Part shown: positions 19,420 through 29,315 of the stretch, in pieces
Position numbering within the stretch: position 1 is the stretch's first letter
Layout: each line of letters begins with the position of its first letter
Source: Syntrophaceae bacterium
GTDB taxonomy: Bacteria; Desulfobacterota; Syntrophia; Syntrophales; UBA2185
Reading direction: 5' to 3'
DNA length: 64,000 nt
Assembly: GCA_003153775.1 (NCBI GenBank)
Contig: PMBI01000011.1
Span: 109,427-173,426 of the forward strand
Notes under the pieces: generated by a model
What the model was told of the DNA's origin: nothing
Database searches by the model: none
The model's input: only the letters and a program-made list of their open reading frames with translations
Made by a program: the position numbers and the translations under genes

Positions 19420-21231
19420 TTATTCTTCTACCACTTCGAGAACGAGATCGCCGTATCGATCTTTAACCGGTATCGTGATCTGAAGAAGATCAAAACAGCG
19501 CTTAGCTGCCGCAATAAATATTATTATAACCAACACCATGACGATTACCGAGAGTATCGCGAGGAGATAATTCTGTTTCGGAAGATAGTTTAAAGTGATG
19601 TTCAGGTATCCCGCATAAAGAGTCGTAACGGCCATGATGATACCGGGAACGGCGGTCATCCACACATACTTCAATTTCCCCATCCTGATCAGCATGATTG
19701 TTCCGATGATCAGGGCGCAGGAGGCAAGTAGCTGGTTGCTCATGCCGAAGAGCGGCCAGATGGTCGTGATATCCCCTGTGTATACGAGATAACCCCAGGC
19801 GCCGGTGAAGAGGAAACTGGTTATGATGATGCCGGGCATCCAGCGTTTTTCAAGAAACTTCGGGAAGACCTTGCCTACCATTTCCTGGAGGAAGAACCTT
19901 CCGACTCTTGTGCCTGTGTCGACGGCGGTGAGAATAAACACCGCTTCGAACATGATCGCGAAGTGGTACCAATACGACATCAGTCCTTTCATAAACGGTA
20001 TGGACGAAAAGATATAAGCCATGCCCACGGCGAGAGAGACTGCGCCGCCGGGCCGGCCCTGAATCTTTTCCTGGACCTGTGCCGCAAGGTCGGGAAGGTT
20101 GACCGGAACCATGCCGAGCTTCGCGTAAACTGCGGGAGCCGCATTGATGGCGAAGTAGTCTGCCGGAACCAGGACGCAGGCGGAAACGAGAGCCATGATA
20201 GCCACGACTCCCTCCACGAGCATTGCACCGTAGCCGATAAACAAAACATCCCGTTCGTTTCCGATCATTTTCGGGGTCGTTCCGGACCCGATGATTGCGT
20301 GAAATCCCGATAAGGCGCCGCAGGCGATGGTGATCATGACAAAGGGATACACCGGGCCCGGTATAATGGGGCCGCCTCCGTAGATGAAGGGTGTAAGGGC
20401 CGCCATCTGGAAATCAGGACGGACAATGAAGATTCCTATAATAAGCATCGCTATGGTCCCTATTTTCAAGTACGTGGAGAGATAATCACGCGGACATAGA
20501 ATCATCCAGACGGGAAGGACGGATGCCACGAATCCGTAGATGGGTATGAAAATAGAGATCTGTTTCTTCGTGAGTGTAAATATCGGGGCCCAGGTCGGAC
20601 TTGCCGCGACATAAGGTCCGACAAGTATCGCTCCTGCAAGCAGGGCAACGCCCATGATGCTCGCCCCTTTCACGTCTCCGGGGCGTAGCACATGCAGCCA
20701 GATTCCCATCAGGAACGCTATAGGCAACGTGGCAAAGACAGTGAAAGTTCCCCAGGCGCTTTCAAACATGGCATTGACGACTGCGATGGAAAGGCCGGCG
20801 AGGGTTAAGATGAGAATAAAAAGGAACGCAAAGGAAGCAACTGTTCCCGCGGTTTTCCCAATCTCGCTTTCAGCAATCTTTGCCAGGCTGTGCCCTTTGT
20901 GTCTTACCGAAGCAAAGAGCACTACCATATCATGCACGGCTCCGGCGAGGACGCACCCTACAATGATCCAGATGGCGCCGGGCAGATAGCCGAACTGTGC
21001 TGCCAGCACCGGTCCCAAGAGCGGACCTGCAGCTGCGATGGCGGCGAAGTGGTGTCCGAACAAAACATACTTGTTGGTCTTGACATAGTCATGACCGTCT
21101 GGCATGGAAACTGCGGGAGTGGCACGTTCACTTTTCAGCTCCAACACCTTGTTGGCTATGAACAGCCCGTAAAACCGGTAGGCTATGGCAAAAATGCACA
21201 ATGAAACAAATACCAAAGTTAGGGCATTCAT
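19420..21231 (-). CDS. cstA: carbon starvation CstA-family transporter (BtsT-like pyruvate/peptide uptake)
   Basis: FGHHFAAIAAAGPLLGP, PRDYLS, IACGALSGFH, WYHFAIMFEA; AGGAGA RBS supports ATG 21231. Confidence 0.93.
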   Translation of the reverse strand: MNALTLVFVSLCIFAIAYRFYGLFIANKVLELKSERATPAVSMPDGHDYVKTNKYVLFGHHFAAIAAAGPLLGPVLAAQFGYLPGAIWIIVGCVLAGAVHDMVVLFASVRHKGHSLAKIAESEIGKTAGTVASFAFLFILILTLAGLSIAVVNAMFESAWGTFTVFATLPIAFLMGIWLHVLRPGDVKGASIMGVALLAGAILVGPYVAASPTWAPIFTLTKKQISIFIPIYGFVASVLPVWMILCPRDYLSTYLKIGTIAMLIIGIFIVRPDFQMAALTPFIYGGGPIIPGPVYPFVMITIACGALSGFHAIIGSGTTPKMIGNERDVLFIGYGAMLVEGVVAIMALVSACVLVPADYFAINAAPAVYAKLGMVPVNLPDLAAQVQEKIQGRPGGAVSLAVGMAYIFSSIPFMKGLMSYWYHFAIMFEAVFILTAVDTGTRVGRFFLQEMVGKVFPKFLEKRWMPGIIITSFLFTGAWGYLVYTGDITTIWPLFGMSNQLLASCALIIGTIMLIRMGKLKYVWMTAVPGIIMAVTTLYAGYLNITLNYLPKQNYLLAILSVIVMVLVIIIFIAAAKRCFDLLQITIPVKDRYGDLVLEVVEE

Positions 21232-21340
21232 TTTTCTAATTCTCCTTTCTTGGTTTGAGTATTTATATATAAAGTAGCGCAATCCATTCGCGCTACTTAG
21301 CACTAAAGGATTACAGGAATATATACAACCGCGAATTTGC

Positions 21341-21390
21341 TGGGCGGTTATATAATGTTCTGAACGGTTGATAACTGAAGTTAATCGGCC
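21341..21390 (-). promoter_or_regulatory. LytTR (BtsR-like) direct repeats upstream of cstA
   Basis: Minus strand GCCGATTA..ACCGTTCA..ACCGCCCA at 21 and 20 bp periods; resembles the E. coli BtsR motif ACC[G/A]CT[C/T]A. Confidence 0.6.
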
Positions 21391-21474
21391 ATAGGGAATG
21401 AACAAATTAGTGTATTGCGCTCAGTAAAATGTCAACATCGGGGGACTGGCCATCAACTATGGATAATGAGCGGT

Positions 21475-22185
21475 TCAGAAATTCCATTTTCCCCTGAGTT
21501 CTTTAAGATGTCTTCTGCTTACAGGTATGGTGCGGCCGGATTTCGTTTTGATCTCTGCCAGCATATTTTCGTGGAGAATGATCTCGTCTATTCTGTCGAT
21601 GTTGACGAGGTACTGCTTGTGGCATCTTACAAGATTCGTCTTGTTCTCCAGCACTTTGAGCGTGAGGTCGGTAAAATACTCGCCAGTCGGGCATACCACA
21701 TATACTCCTGCCTCGTTCGACCTGACATAGTCAACTTCCGCAGTACTGATTAACTTTATCCTGGAGGAAAGGACACAGGGTATCTTTTTGATATCCTGAC
21801 TCGAATAAACCGGTTTCTCCCCAGCGTTCAGGGCCCTCCTCAGTTTCCGGACGGTCTTAGCGAGTCTTCCTTTCTCTACCGGTTTCAGAAGGTAGTCGAG
21901 CGTATTTTCCTCGAATGCCTTGAGGGCATATTCATCGTAGGCAGTGACGAAAACAACATTCGGCATGAGGCTCTCGTCAATCATACCAAGAAGCTCGAAG
22001 CCGTTTATCACCGGCATTTGTACATCAAGGAAGAGGGCGTCCGGCCTTTCTCTCTTCATCGCCTGGAGAGCTTCAAGGGCGTTACTGCACTTTCCCAAAA
22101 TGGTGAATTCACCCGTCTCAAGGAGCAGAGCCTCAAGCTCGTCACGTGAGTGTATCTCGTCATCGACTATAAGGGCGCGCATCAT
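21475..22185 (-). CDS. btsR: LytTR response regulator BtsR/YehT
   Basis: REC domain (VDDE, FLDVQMP, TAYDEYA, YLLKP) plus LytTR (RCHKQYLVN, PVSRR). Confidence 0.9.
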   Translation of the reverse strand: MMRALIVDDEIHSRDELEALLLETGEFTILGKCSNALEALQAMKRERPDALFLDVQMPVINGFELLGMIDESLMPNVVFVTAYDEYALKAFEENTLDYLLKPVEKGRLAKTVRKLRRALNAGEKPVYSSQDIKKIPCVLSSRIKLISTAEVDYVRSNEAGVYVVCPTGEYFTDLTLKVLENKTNLVRCHKQYLVNIDRIDEIILHENMLAEIKTKSGRTIPVSRRHLKELRGKWNF

Positions 22186-23858
22186 TGAACATGGCCTTCA
22201 AGAGGGATTTTTATGGTGACACGCGTCAGTTCATCCGGTACGCTGTATACGGCTGTTCCGAAATCCTTGCCAAATAGTGCCTTGATACGCTTGTCCACGA
22301 TTTTGATTCCCAAGCCGTCGCCAGCATCAGCTTCCCGGAAGGCTCCGGCATTATCCTCGATCTCAATCAAAGCGTGGCCATCATTGCGGTATGCGCTAAT
22401 CTTAGCTATTCCTTGTCCCAGCATGTTGGATATTCCATGTTTGATGGCATTTTCAATCAGAGGTTGGAGGGTAAATGTGGGTATCTTCAATTTCAAAAGG
22501 GCTGGATCGATATCCATCTGAATTACCAGCCGGTCGTCAAACCTCGCTTTCTCGATCTGCAGGTAGGAATTAACCTGGTCAAGTTCCTCTTCGAGTGTTG
22601 AGAGGTCATTTCCGCGCTTCAGATTCTTCCTGAAAAAGTTGGAAAGATGGATAAGCAATTCTCTGGCCCTCATCGCGTTGTTCCGCGTGATGGAGATGAT
22701 GGTATTCAGAGAGTTGAATAGAAAATGGGGATTTACCTGCGCCTGTAAGAGTTTTAATTCAGTCTGGACGAGGAGGTTTTTCTGCCGCTCATAGCGGGAC
22801 AGCAGCAGTTGGTTTGACAGAAGATTCGTTATCCCCTCACCGAGCATTTTATTCATATTGAGAAATTGTTTGTTCCTTGGCTCATAAAGCTTGATCGTGC
22901 CTATCACATCATTATCGATATGCAGAGGGACCACCAGCACAGAGTTGAGTGGGCAAGTGGCGGATAAAGGGCATATATAACGCTCCCTTTCGCCATCGGC
23001 GAAGATGACTTTGTTTTCGGCAATTGCCGCTTTTGTCAATGATGAAACGATGGAGCTGCCCGGCGTATGGTGGTCAGAGCCATGGCCGATGAAAGCCATA
23101 ACTTTATCCCTGTCGGTAATCGCCACGGCGCCTACGCCCGTCTCTTCGTGGATGATCTTTGCCAAATCCACAGCCGTCTTCTGGTTGATCCCGCTGCCCA
23201 GGAAATTCAGGGTTCTTTCCGCAATTTTGAATGCCTTTGCCGATGAGATGGCTGCCACCCTTTCGTACATATTCTTCTGGTCACGGCCGATACTCACGAA
23301 CAGGGCGGTGCCCAAGGAACTCGACAGGATCATCGGTATAGCAATGACTTTTACGAGGGCAAGAGCATCCAGATATGGCCGGGACACGATGAGAATAATG
23401 GCCATCTGGATCATCTCTGCGAAGAATGTGGTGGTAAAGGCGACTTTAGGGTCGAATACAAGATCCGTCTTGTTCGTTCTCTTCAGGTAGAGATGTACGA
23501 GACCGCCAATCATCCCTTCGACAGTTGTAGATAGACCACACGAGAAGGCGGTAAAGCCTCCCAGAGAATATCGGTGGAGCCCGCCTGTTAACCCCACAGC
23601 CGTGCCGAGAAGGGGGCCTCCGATTATACCAGCCAACACCGGGCCTATAGCCCTCGTATTTGCAATGGCATCCTGTATCGCTATGCCAAGGTATGTGCCC
23701 AGTATAGAAACGGCTGAGAAAAAGAAGTATAAATAGATCCTGTCGCGCGTACGGAGGGAATGAGTGGTGAGCGGTCTGAACCACGGTGACTTGCAATATA
23801 AATAGGCGATAACGAGAAAAACCGACATCGCCTGGATCAAGCGAAACAGAAGTTCCAT
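22182..23858 (-). CDS. btsS: LytS-type histidine kinase BtsS/YehU
   Basis: 5TM-LYT (AIANTRAIG, GGLHRYSLGG), GAF, QVNPHFLFN, QPLIENAIKHG. Confidence 0.92.
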   Translation of the reverse strand: MELLFRLIQAMSVFLVIAYLYCKSPWFRPLTTHSLRTRDRIYLYFFFSAVSILGTYLGIAIQDAIANTRAIGPVLAGIIGGPLLGTAVGLTGGLHRYSLGGFTAFSCGLSTTVEGMIGGLVHLYLKRTNKTDLVFDPKVAFTTTFFAEMIQMAIILIVSRPYLDALALVKVIAIPMILSSSLGTALFVSIGRDQKNMYERVAAISSAKAFKIAERTLNFLGSGINQKTAVDLAKIIHEETGVGAVAITDRDKVMAFIGHGSDHHTPGSSIVSSLTKAAIAENKVIFADGERERYICPLSATCPLNSVLVVPLHIDNDVIGTIKLYEPRNKQFLNMNKMLGEGITNLLSNQLLLSRYERQKNLLVQTELKLLQAQVNPHFLFNSLNTIISITRNNAMRARELLIHLSNFFRKNLKRGNDLSTLEEELDQVNSYLQIEKARFDDRLVIQMDIDPALLKLKIPTFTLQPLIENAIKHGISNMLGQGIAKISAYRNDGHALIEIEDNAGAFREADAGDGLGIKIVDKRIKALFGKDFGTAVYSVPDELTRVTIKIPLEGHVQ

Positions 23859-23889
23859 TTTCTTCAGAAGTGTCCTTTTAAATGGTTAA

Positions 23890-23918
23890 AGTATAATAAG
23901 GATGGCATCCAGTGTCAA
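23890..23918 (-). promoter_or_regulatory. sigma70 promoter of btsSR
   Basis: TTGACA-N17-TATACT on the minus strand. Confidence 0.75.
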
Positions 23919-23957
23919 TGGCAAAGACCACTTGAGGCAAGTATCAGGATTCAGCCC

Positions 23958-24755
23958 TCAGCCTTTTACGAGATCGCTGATGAAATTGACCATCTCTGAA
24001 AATGCCTTTTCGCTCGCCTGTATGTGAGGTATGTGTCCGCAATTATCGATCATCGAACCTCTCGCCGGCCCCATGACGTTACCTGCAATGGATTCAACCT
24101 GGGCAGGCGTACCGTATTCGTCATCTTTTCCCTGAATGGCAAGAAGAGGGCAGGTGATATACGGGAGGTAACTTTCTATGTTCCAATCGCGGAACTCCGG
24201 CGAAAGCCAGATATCCGCCCAACCCCGGAACATCAAATCGGTATTACTTCCATGAAATTTTCCCAGGCGCGTTCCTAAATCCGTGTTCTCATATACCTCA
24301 ACGGCGCGCTTGATACCCTCCACGGTGACATGCTCGACAAAGACATGAGCCGCCTCCGTTATTATACCTGCGACCTTTTGCGGATATGTTCCCCCATATA
24401 TTATGGCAATGGAGCCGCCGTCGCTATGGCCTATGAAAAGAGGTTTATCGATGGCGCATCGTTCGAGGACTTCGGGCAGAATGAGCAGGGCCTCGTCATG
24501 GAGGTAGCTTGCTGTTCTCGGTTCCGTCAGAGGATCGGAACCGCCATGACCCCAGCGGTCATAGACTAGGGCGGGGCAGCCCGTTGCGTCGCATAGTGTT
24601 TCAGGGAAGTCTCGCCATTGACCGATGCTGCCCAGTCCTTCGTGGAGAAACACAAGCACGGGTCGATTGCCTGTTTCGGCCTGCGGCTTGATATACTCAG
24701 CACAGAGGCGGTGTTTCAATGCATGGATGTCAACCCTGTCCTTAGTAATGGCCAA
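23958..24755 (-). CDS. alpha/beta hydrolase
   Basis: LHEGLG, GHSDGG, QGKDDEYG, CGHIPH. Confidence 0.92.
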   Translation of the reverse strand: MAITKDRVDIHALKHRLCAEYIKPQAETGNRPVLVFLHEGLGSIGQWRDFPETLCDATGCPALVYDRWGHGGSDPLTEPRTASYLHDEALLILPEVLERCAIDKPLFIGHSDGGSIAIIYGGTYPQKVAGIITEAAHVFVEHVTVEGIKRAVEVYENTDLGTRLGKFHGSNTDLMFRGWADIWLSPEFRDWNIESYLPYITCPLLAIQGKDDEYGTPAQVESIAGNVMGPARGSMIDNCGHIPHIQASEKAFSEMVNFISDLVKG

Positions 24756-24829
24756 TCAGATCTACCTCCGGCATGTCGCAACAAGTGGGAACGGAAGTTA
24801 AATTGCTTACTCAACTCCCGCTATGCCTG

Positions 24830-25117
24830 TCATTTGATAAAGCATGAGAAACGCTGATCGTACTTGAGCGGTAGAAATTCAATGAACCGATATTCCGCGG
24901 CACCGTTGATGTAGAAAGGGTCGTTTTCCATGATTTGGCGGGCTTCGTCAACGGTTCCTACGTTTGCCACGATCACACCGCCCACCCGCGGGTTTTGCGG
25001 GCCGGAACAAATAAATTTTGAATTCTTATAGAACAGATCCAGAAATATTCGATGGTCCGCGAGGAGGGTATCGATGACCTCGAGAGGTTTCGTATATTTC
25101 CCTAAGATAATAACCAT
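24830..25117 (-). CDS. YciI-family protein
   Basis: H..FL, SGP..PRVGGVI, DPFY. Confidence 0.85.
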   Translation of the reverse strand: MVIILGKYTKPLEVIDTLLADHRIFLDLFYKNSKFICSGPQNPRVGGVIVANVGTVDEARQIMENDPFYINGAAEYRFIEFLPLKYDQRFSCFIK

Positions 25118-25135
25118 TGAATCCCCCCTTTCTTT

Positions 25136-25744
25136 TCAGTCAATGAGTATCTCCTCGATTTTCAATCTTCTTCTCGGCGCAGGTGATTCAGCGGGATATC
25201 CAACCGGCAGGAGTGCGACTACATGAATATTCCGGCCCCACCCAAAGATTGCCTTGATCGCCTTTTCATCGAACAGTCTTATCCAGCAACTTCCCAGACC
25301 GAAATCCAGCGCCCGCAAAACGATATGTTCCACGGCAATGGCGAGGTTTAGGGCTATTCTCGGGGTGAGTTCTTCTATCTCAACGGGTGTGTAGCGCTCG
25401 GTCCTGTCGGCAATGATCTTCACTATCCTCCCTTCGACGGCCCCGATCCTGCCCAGGTCCTGTATGCCCGAAACAGTACCATCTATGAAACTCTTTAGAT
25501 CGATGCAACAGATGAAGACAACGGGAGCTTCGGCAATGAATGCCTGGTTATGAGATGCCTGAGAGAGTTGCAGTCTTGTTTCGCGGTCGCGAACAACCTT
25601 GAAGCGCCAGGGCTGTGCATTGGAACCGGACGGTGCGAGCCTTGCGGAGTCCAAAAGTGCCGTTATGTGCTCCTCAGGAACGGGGTCCGGTTTGAACTTT
25701 CTTATGCTCCGTCTTTTTTCTATGGCTTCTTTGGTTGTTAACAT
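25136..25744 (-). CDS. nitroreductase-family protein
   Basis: RRSIRKF, APSGSNAQPW, GLGSCWI; AGGAGG RBS before ATG 25744. Confidence 0.92.
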   Translation of the reverse strand: MLTTKEAIEKRRSIRKFKPDPVPEEHITALLDSARLAPSGSNAQPWRFKVVRDRETRLQLSQASHNQAFIAEAPVVFICCIDLKSFIDGTVSGIQDLGRIGAVEGRIVKIIADRTERYTPVEIEELTPRIALNLAIAVEHIVLRALDFGLGSCWIRLFDEKAIKAIFGWGRNIHVVALLPVGYPAESPAPRRRLKIEEILID

Positions 25745-25843
25745 TCTTCCTCCTGAGATATGCACGGAAGACCACCCTTCATGAAATGGCGGCCAAGATT
25801 TCCCGCTTTACTGAAATAAGACTGCATGCACGGCTGCAGATTC

Positions 25844-26308
25844 TTACACAGCCGCTGCCCGCTCGATGATTTCCCCGACGAGCTTCGCGGTTCTGCCCGT
25901 CAATTTCCTGCAGTCCTGGTGCTTCTGGCCTTGCCGATATTCTTTGACCTGGTTCTGATCCATCCAGTTTACGTTGACTATATCCCTGCAGAGGATGTTG
26001 CCGTTTGCAATTTCCCCCCTGAAGCGCTTCATTAGTTCGTGCGCATATTTCCACATCCTAAAATCGGCGAACTTGTCACCTGTACTTCTGCCGTACATTA
26101 AGCCAATTACGGCAAGGCCCCCGATGAGAGCGCCGCATGTCTCACCGTGCGCGCCTAATCCTCCGCCAAAGGCGTCCATGGCTTTGAGCATATCCTCATT
26201 GATATCCTTACCAAGCTTCTCTTGCCCGACCGCAAGAACGGCCTGGCTTCAGTGGAAATGCTTGTCAAACAGGGCACCAGCTTTCTCTTCCATTTCTGAG
26301 GGGTTCAT
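25844..26308 (-). CDS. C_GCAxxG_C_C-family redox selenoprotein
   Basis: AAGGAGGT RBS, ATG 26308; in-frame TGA (26251-26249, codon 20) in FH-U-SQAVL; then FGGG..ETCGALIG, LCRDI, DCRKL; SECIS-like hairpin. Confidence 0.88.
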
Positions 26309-26565
26309 AAGACCTCCTTTTCATTAGCTGCGAGAGCATTTGATACCAAGCATGAACCGAAATCGACATCCGTCAGTGCTGCCGTGCATCTAATTATTTA
26401 ATACAATACCTAAAGATATTTATCAAATCAAATGCGAGTACGATTTTGACTGCAGACCAGCTTTTTTAAATGTATAATTGACGAATCCCGAGTAATGTGC
26501 AAAATTACAATCATGGATGAAATGCAAGTAGCTGCGAAAACGGAAATGCGGTAAGAGATGGAAAT

Positions 26566-26841
26566 ATGAGAGCACTGATAATGGCCATAATCGGATTGCT
26601 GTTGTTTGCAGGGGTCTGGTATTATTTCATGGAAGATGAGAAGACGATAGGTATCTATAAAGTTTATTATTATGCAACGCGATGCAATCCTGACGAGTTT
26701 TCCTCAAGCTTTTCCGAGCTTACACTGACGCCTTGCGTAAACAAGATCATCTGGCTGGAGGAGATCAGCCCGAAGCTGTATAAACGTATGAGTTGGACCC
26801 CGGAATACGGCACCAAGGAAGGCACACTCGTGCGAAAGTGA
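26566..26841 (+). CDS. small membrane-anchored hypothetical protein
   Basis: N-terminal TM helix, two Cys in the soluble part. Confidence 0.65.
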   Translation: MRALIMAIIGLLLFAGVWYYFMEDEKTIGIYKVYYYATRCNPDEFSSSFSELTLTPCVNKIIWLEEISPKLYKRMSWTPEYGTKEGTLVRK

Positions 26842-26922
26842 ATCTCCGTCCAAGAATAATTCCATTGAAGAATGCGGGGAGGTAATGTCTAACAAATCTC
26901 CCATATCTTTTCGCCCGAGCCC

Positions 26923-29238
26923 CTAATCCGCACCGCCTGTCAACTGAAATGAAGCCCAATAATACGGGTGGGGGTATTTCTTCCGGGCGCTCAACTGCGC
27001 CTGCCGCAGAGCTTCCCGCTTACCTGTTTTCTTAAGCGCGTTATAAAACCCCGCCATGAGTTCCCCCGTGGCCTGGTCGTCCACCTTCCAGAGGCTCGAC
27101 ACAATGGAATTGCTTCCTGCATAGAGGAAGCCGCGCGTCAGACCTACCACGTCGTCGCCGTTTGCTACCTTTCCCAGACCCGTTTCGCAGGCGCTCAATG
27201 TCACGAGGTCGGCATCGATGTTCATAGAATAAAGCTTATCCACCGTCAGCCTGCCGTCGCTCCAATCATCACCGGCAAGGAGTAATGCCGACTTGAGAGG
27301 CATGTCGGAGTCAAACTGCCCGTGGGTGGCAAAATGGATATAAGTGAAACTCCGGCAGTATTTCCTGAACGCGGACTCCGTCGCCTCCTTGCGCAGAAGC
27401 ACGCGGGACTGAGGACGCGTGCGTGCTACCGCCTGCGCTTCTTCCTGGGCATAGGCGAGGTCATAACGCGAGTCGCCGAGGTCGGGATTGCCAAAGGCAA
27501 GGATCTCTCCAGGTTTGGAGGATTTCCTGGCATGGAGGTATCTGATAACGCTGGCGCTGGGAAGGATACGGATGCTGTACTGCTCAATCAGGTAGCCTCT
27601 GTCATTCAGCAAGGCATTGAATGGAAGATAGTGCAGGGCACCGTGCGGGACGATCACAAGATTGCGCTTGTCCAGCATCTTTTCGAAGGGTTCAAAGAGC
27701 CGCTTGTAGAAACTCCGGGATAAGGTAAGATAATCGGAGGAACCCGCCGTCTCAAGAAGACTACGAAATTGCCGGACATCCTCAAGAAGCTTATCGCCCT
27801 TGAGACGTATGGACTTCAAACTGTTTCGCGTCAGGACAAAGGCAAACATCTCACCCTCGCTGTAGTAGTACTCAATAAGCGCTTCGTCAGGAGGCATAAG
27901 GGCCTGTATGTCGGAGGCGGAAAGTGACGTAACAGTCACAAGAGAGGCGAGTTCCGGGGACTTATCCCGCAGTTCCTGCTTCAGGCTGATAATGACACTG
28001 CGGGTCTTGGACTTTCCGGGTGATAGATCCTGCGCGATGACCTCCGCCTCGGCCTTTTTGTCCTCGGCCAAGAGATTGCGGACGTCGCGCTCGTCGCCCG
28101 CCTTCACGGCGAAGTCCTGCTTAGAGGCCAGGAGATCGACGAGGGCGCGCGACTTTGACCGCTCCACGTAATCAAAGGCGGCGCCGTACTGGCCGTCCGC
28201 ATAAAGCGACGCGATGAGGCGGCTGTAAACATTCTGCTTGTCGCCCACAAATCCGATCTTGCTTGCCTCCGTGTTGATGGTCGAGCGCTGCTGTTCAACG
28301 AGGTCCACTGCGCGTCTGTAGAAATCTATTGCCTCTTTACGATTGCCTTCGGCATCGGCAATCTTTCCCCGATCAAATAGTATCATCCAGTATATGTCCG
28401 TATTGTCCCGTGTCCGGGGCTCTTTCAGGAGGACGTCGTATCCGGCTTTCGCGTCGTTCAGGTTACCCGTTTCATACAGACTCTTATTGAGGATGAATGC
28501 CTTGGGCAATTGACTGTAGGCAAATATGTCATCGCCTACGGGCATCGCGCCAGTCAGTATGACGGCGGCAGATGCCAGGGAGCGCGACCAGGAAATGCTT
28601 TCGTCTTCTCTGATGTAAGCCAGGCTCTTCTTAAAATCTCCCATGGCCATGTATATCCGTGAAAGCCCGTTGAGCTTATCGGTCTTGAGGAACGTAAAGG
28701 GATAATGGGTGCCGATGTCTTCCAGAAGTCTTGCGCATTCCATCGCCTTCTCGCGATTGCCGGAGAGTGCCTGCGCGAGGCCAAGTATGCTTAAGGCCTG
28801 AATCCTCATATACCGGTGAAGGTCTTTCTTTGTTACAATGTCATAAGCCTTTTGGGCCTCAATAACGGCCTTTCCATAGTTTCCGAATTCTATATAGGCC
28901 TCAGCCCTAAGCAGACGCGGCATGATAGACATATCGAACATGTTTACGGTGATATCGCCCTTATCGATATTGGCGTCGAACTTATCGAGGCATGGAAAAA
29001 GTTTGTTATATTTTTTGAGCCTTGAGTAGGAGTAACAGAGATACATCAACTGTCGCGTTGAGGCCGAGTGCAGGTCTTTAACCTGGCTTTCCATGTAGGT
29101 CTCCAGTTCAGCGTAACGCGCGGCAGGCATCAACTGATCCTCCTTCGGTACCAGCATTCCCGCACATCCCGAGGTGCCCGCGAGGAGCATCAACAGGATT
29201 GATATAATGATTGCTCTGATAATGGATTCTCTCGGCAT
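26923..29238 (-). CDS. TPR-CHAT protease lipoprotein (1)
   Basis: Lipobox TSGC; helical repeats; IVPHG.LH.LPF, HFATHG, LSACETG, SLWKVDD, HPYYWASF. Confidence 0.92.
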   Translation of the reverse strand: MPRESIIRAIIISILLMLLAGTSGCAGMLVPKEDQLMPAARYAELETYMESQVKDLHSASTRQLMYLCYSYSRLKKYNKLFPCLDKFDANIDKGDITVNMFDMSIMPRLLRAEAYIEFGNYGKAVIEAQKAYDIVTKKDLHRYMRIQALSILGLAQALSGNREKAMECARLLEDIGTHYPFTFLKTDKLNGLSRIYMAMGDFKKSLAYIREDESISWSRSLASAAVILTGAMPVGDDIFAYSQLPKAFILNKSLYETGNLNDAKAGYDVLLKEPRTRDNTDIYWMILFDRGKIADAEGNRKEAIDFYRRAVDLVEQQRSTINTEASKIGFVGDKQNVYSRLIASLYADGQYGAAFDYVERSKSRALVDLLASKQDFAVKAGDERDVRNLLAEDKKAEAEVIAQDLSPGKSKTRSVIISLKQELRDKSPELASLVTVTSLSASDIQALMPPDEALIEYYYSEGEMFAFVLTRNSLKSIRLKGDKLLEDVRQFRSLLETAGSSDYLTLSRSFYKRLFEPFEKMLDKRNLVIVPHGALHYLPFNALLNDRGYLIEQYSIRILPSASVIRYLHARKSSKPGEILAFGNPDLGDSRYDLAYAQEEAQAVARTRPQSRVLLRKEATESAFRKYCRSFTYIHFATHGQFDSDMPLKSALLLAGDDWSDGRLTVDKLYSMNIDADLVTLSACETGLGKVANGDDVVGLTRGFLYAGSNSIVSSLWKVDDQATGELMAGFYNALKKTGKREALRQAQLSARKKYPHPYYWASFQLTGGAD

Positions 29239-29315
29239 GGCTGCCTCCCTATCCAGGTATCCGACGGGTTTACGTTTGTTTCAAAAGGCATTCGCAGGCG
29301 CCTTGGCAGATGCAA

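Noticed and set aside
21232-21405. 58-aa N-terminal extension of CstA
   Set aside because: It spans the promoter/operator region, and a good RBS precedes the ATG at 21231.
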